Assembly (NCBI GenBank): GCA_016206085.1
Contig: JACQSF010000022.1
Coordinates: 3,191-67,190, forward strand
DNA from: Candidatus Uhrbacteria bacterium
GTDB lineage: Bacteria; Patescibacteriota; Patescibacteriia; UBA9934; GWF2-40-263
Length of the DNA: 64,000 nt
Direction of reading: 5' to 3'
The notes below the pieces were generated by a model. The model saw only the letters and a list, made by a program, of their open reading frames with translations, had not been told where the DNA came from and searched no databases. This document shows, piece after piece, positions 62,843 through 64,000 of this stretch (position 1 is its first letter; every line of letters starts with the position of its first letter). The translations under genes and the position numbers were made by a program.

Positions 62843-63559
62843 ATGCAGATGAAAGGTAGATTCATCATTGTCGATGGACTCACGGGCTCGGGAAAATCCA
62901 CCATCATGGATGCGGTAACGGATTGGGCCGCCCAGTGCGGTCATCGTATTTTCCGACTGCACGACTGGAAGGAATCCGCCCCTCCTCGCTTTGAGGACAT
63001 TCCTGACTACGATGTCTACTTCACGTATGAGCCGACACGAAGTTGGGTTGGAGCTGCGATCCGCTACGAACTTTCGCAGACAGACAAACCGTATGGAGGC
63101 GAGGAGCTCGCGCATGCGTTTGCCCTAGACCGAGAACTTAACTACCGACGTCTGATTCTTCCCGCGCTCGAGGCAGGAAAAATCGTCATTCAGGATCGTG
63201 GAGTTTCAAGCTCGATTGTCTACCAACCAGTCATGCCAAACTCCGTTCCTCTTGAGACGATCCTCGCGCTGCCAGGAAACAAACTTGCGCTTGAGCATGC
63301 TCCCAACGCGCTTATCCTCACCAAACTTCCCGCCACCGTGGCATATGAGCGAATTGCGAGCCGTTCTGATGAGAACAAAGGAGTTTTCGCCGATCTGAAC
63401 TTTTTGAAGCAGCAGGAGGAACGATTTGCCGCTCCCTGGTTCCGCGAGTTATTTGAGCAACGAGGAACAAGCGTGTTTGAACTGGACACAAGCGGGACAT
63501 TGGATGAGAGCCATCGCCGAGCCACAGACCTTATCAATCACATTTTGACTACGTGCTGA
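62843..63559 (+). CDS. tmk: Thymidylate (dTMP) kinase family
   Basis: DGLTGSGKST P-loop, TYEP, QDR..SS.VYQ. Confidence 0.8.
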   Translation: MQMKGRFIIVDGLTGSGKSTIMDAVTDWAAQCGHRIFRLHDWKESAPPRFEDIPDYDVYFTYEPTRSWVGAAIRYELSQTDKPYGGEELAHAFALDRELNYRRLILPALEAGKIVIQDRGVSSSIVYQPVMPNSVPLETILALPGNKLALEHAPNALILTKLPATVAYERIASRSDENKGVFADLNFLKQQEERFAAPWFRELFEQRGTSVFELDTSGTLDESHRRATDLINHILTTC

Positions 63560-63630
63560 GCGGACACATGGGGAAAATTGTTGCGTTGAAACAATTTTTC
63601 TCATGCGTCCGCGAACTTAATTGCCAACAT

Positions 63631-64000
63631 ATGCCAAAACCGCTCCTTTCTGTCGGAGAACTCATTGACCAGTCGTGGGAAGTGTTTCGCTCACGCATGC
63701 CTGAACTCCTCAGTATTTCTGGATGGCTCCTCGCCACCGCTATCCTGTTTGCGATCGCCCTGGCGTTTTACCCTTCAGCCTCCAAGCTCTCCCTGGGAGC
63801 CGATCTCACGAACCTTGAAACAATAGGTGTGCTTCTTTTCTCGTTCACAAGCTTCATCATCACTCCCATCTTAAGTTTCTGGATCTACATTGCGCTGACT
63901 AAGGCGTTGGGCGCTCACTTCGACCGAAAAACCGTTGTGGCGAAGACAGCCATGCGTGAAGTGAAACCCTCCTTCTTTCCGACACTCCTTACATCCGTCA
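63631..64000 (+). CDS. Hypothetical multi-pass membrane protein (partial)
   Basis: Manual translation MPKPLLSVGELIDQSWEVFR...; open to the window end with hydrophobic helices. Confidence 0.6.
   Translation, partial: MPKPLLSVGELIDQSWEVFRSRMPELLSISGWLLATAILFAIALAFYPSASKLSLGADLTNLETIGVLLFSFTSFIITPILSFWIYIALTKALGAHFDRKTVVAKTAMREVKPSFFPTLLTSV

Noticed and set aside
54184..63559. Prophage-borne DNA hypermodification locus
   Set aside because: No phage polymerase, glycosyltransferase or virion genes adjacent, and the flanks are core genes (rplA). Retained only as the alternative reading of the top finding.

Overview
Gene-dense bacterial chromosome segment, most consistent with a Patescibacteria/CPR (Parcubacteria-like) genome. 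This is inferred from the DUF4012 and DUF3048 proteins, archaeal-type PyrH, rplJL split from secE-nusG-rplKA, and direct-repeat LexA boxes. Most of the window is housekeeping: ribosomal and translation genes, gap-pgk-eno-gpmI, gyrB, uvrD/pcrA, xseAB, nth, mltG, rodA, metK, queA and a lexA-dinB SOS cassette. No rRNA, tRNA, CRISPR array or transposase was recognised. The most striking region is a pyrimidine-deoxynucleotide cluster at about 54.2-63.6 kb. Its ThyA homologue has Asp instead of the dUMP-specifying Asn (E. coli N177), the signature of dCMP-modifying enzymes. Its Dcd homologue lacks the catalytic Glu. It also encodes a dCMP deaminase, a DHFR and a dTMP kinase. Together these suggest a dUMP-independent route dCTP -> dCMP -> 5-methyl-dCMP -> dTMP, or alternatively 5mC nucleotide synthesis; this is a hypothesis. 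Other notable items: a 1136-aa protein with three FtsK-gamma-like domains and no motor, several short palindromic or tandem repeat families found both intergenically and in frame inside conserved enzymes, and stand-alone GC-rich orphan genes.
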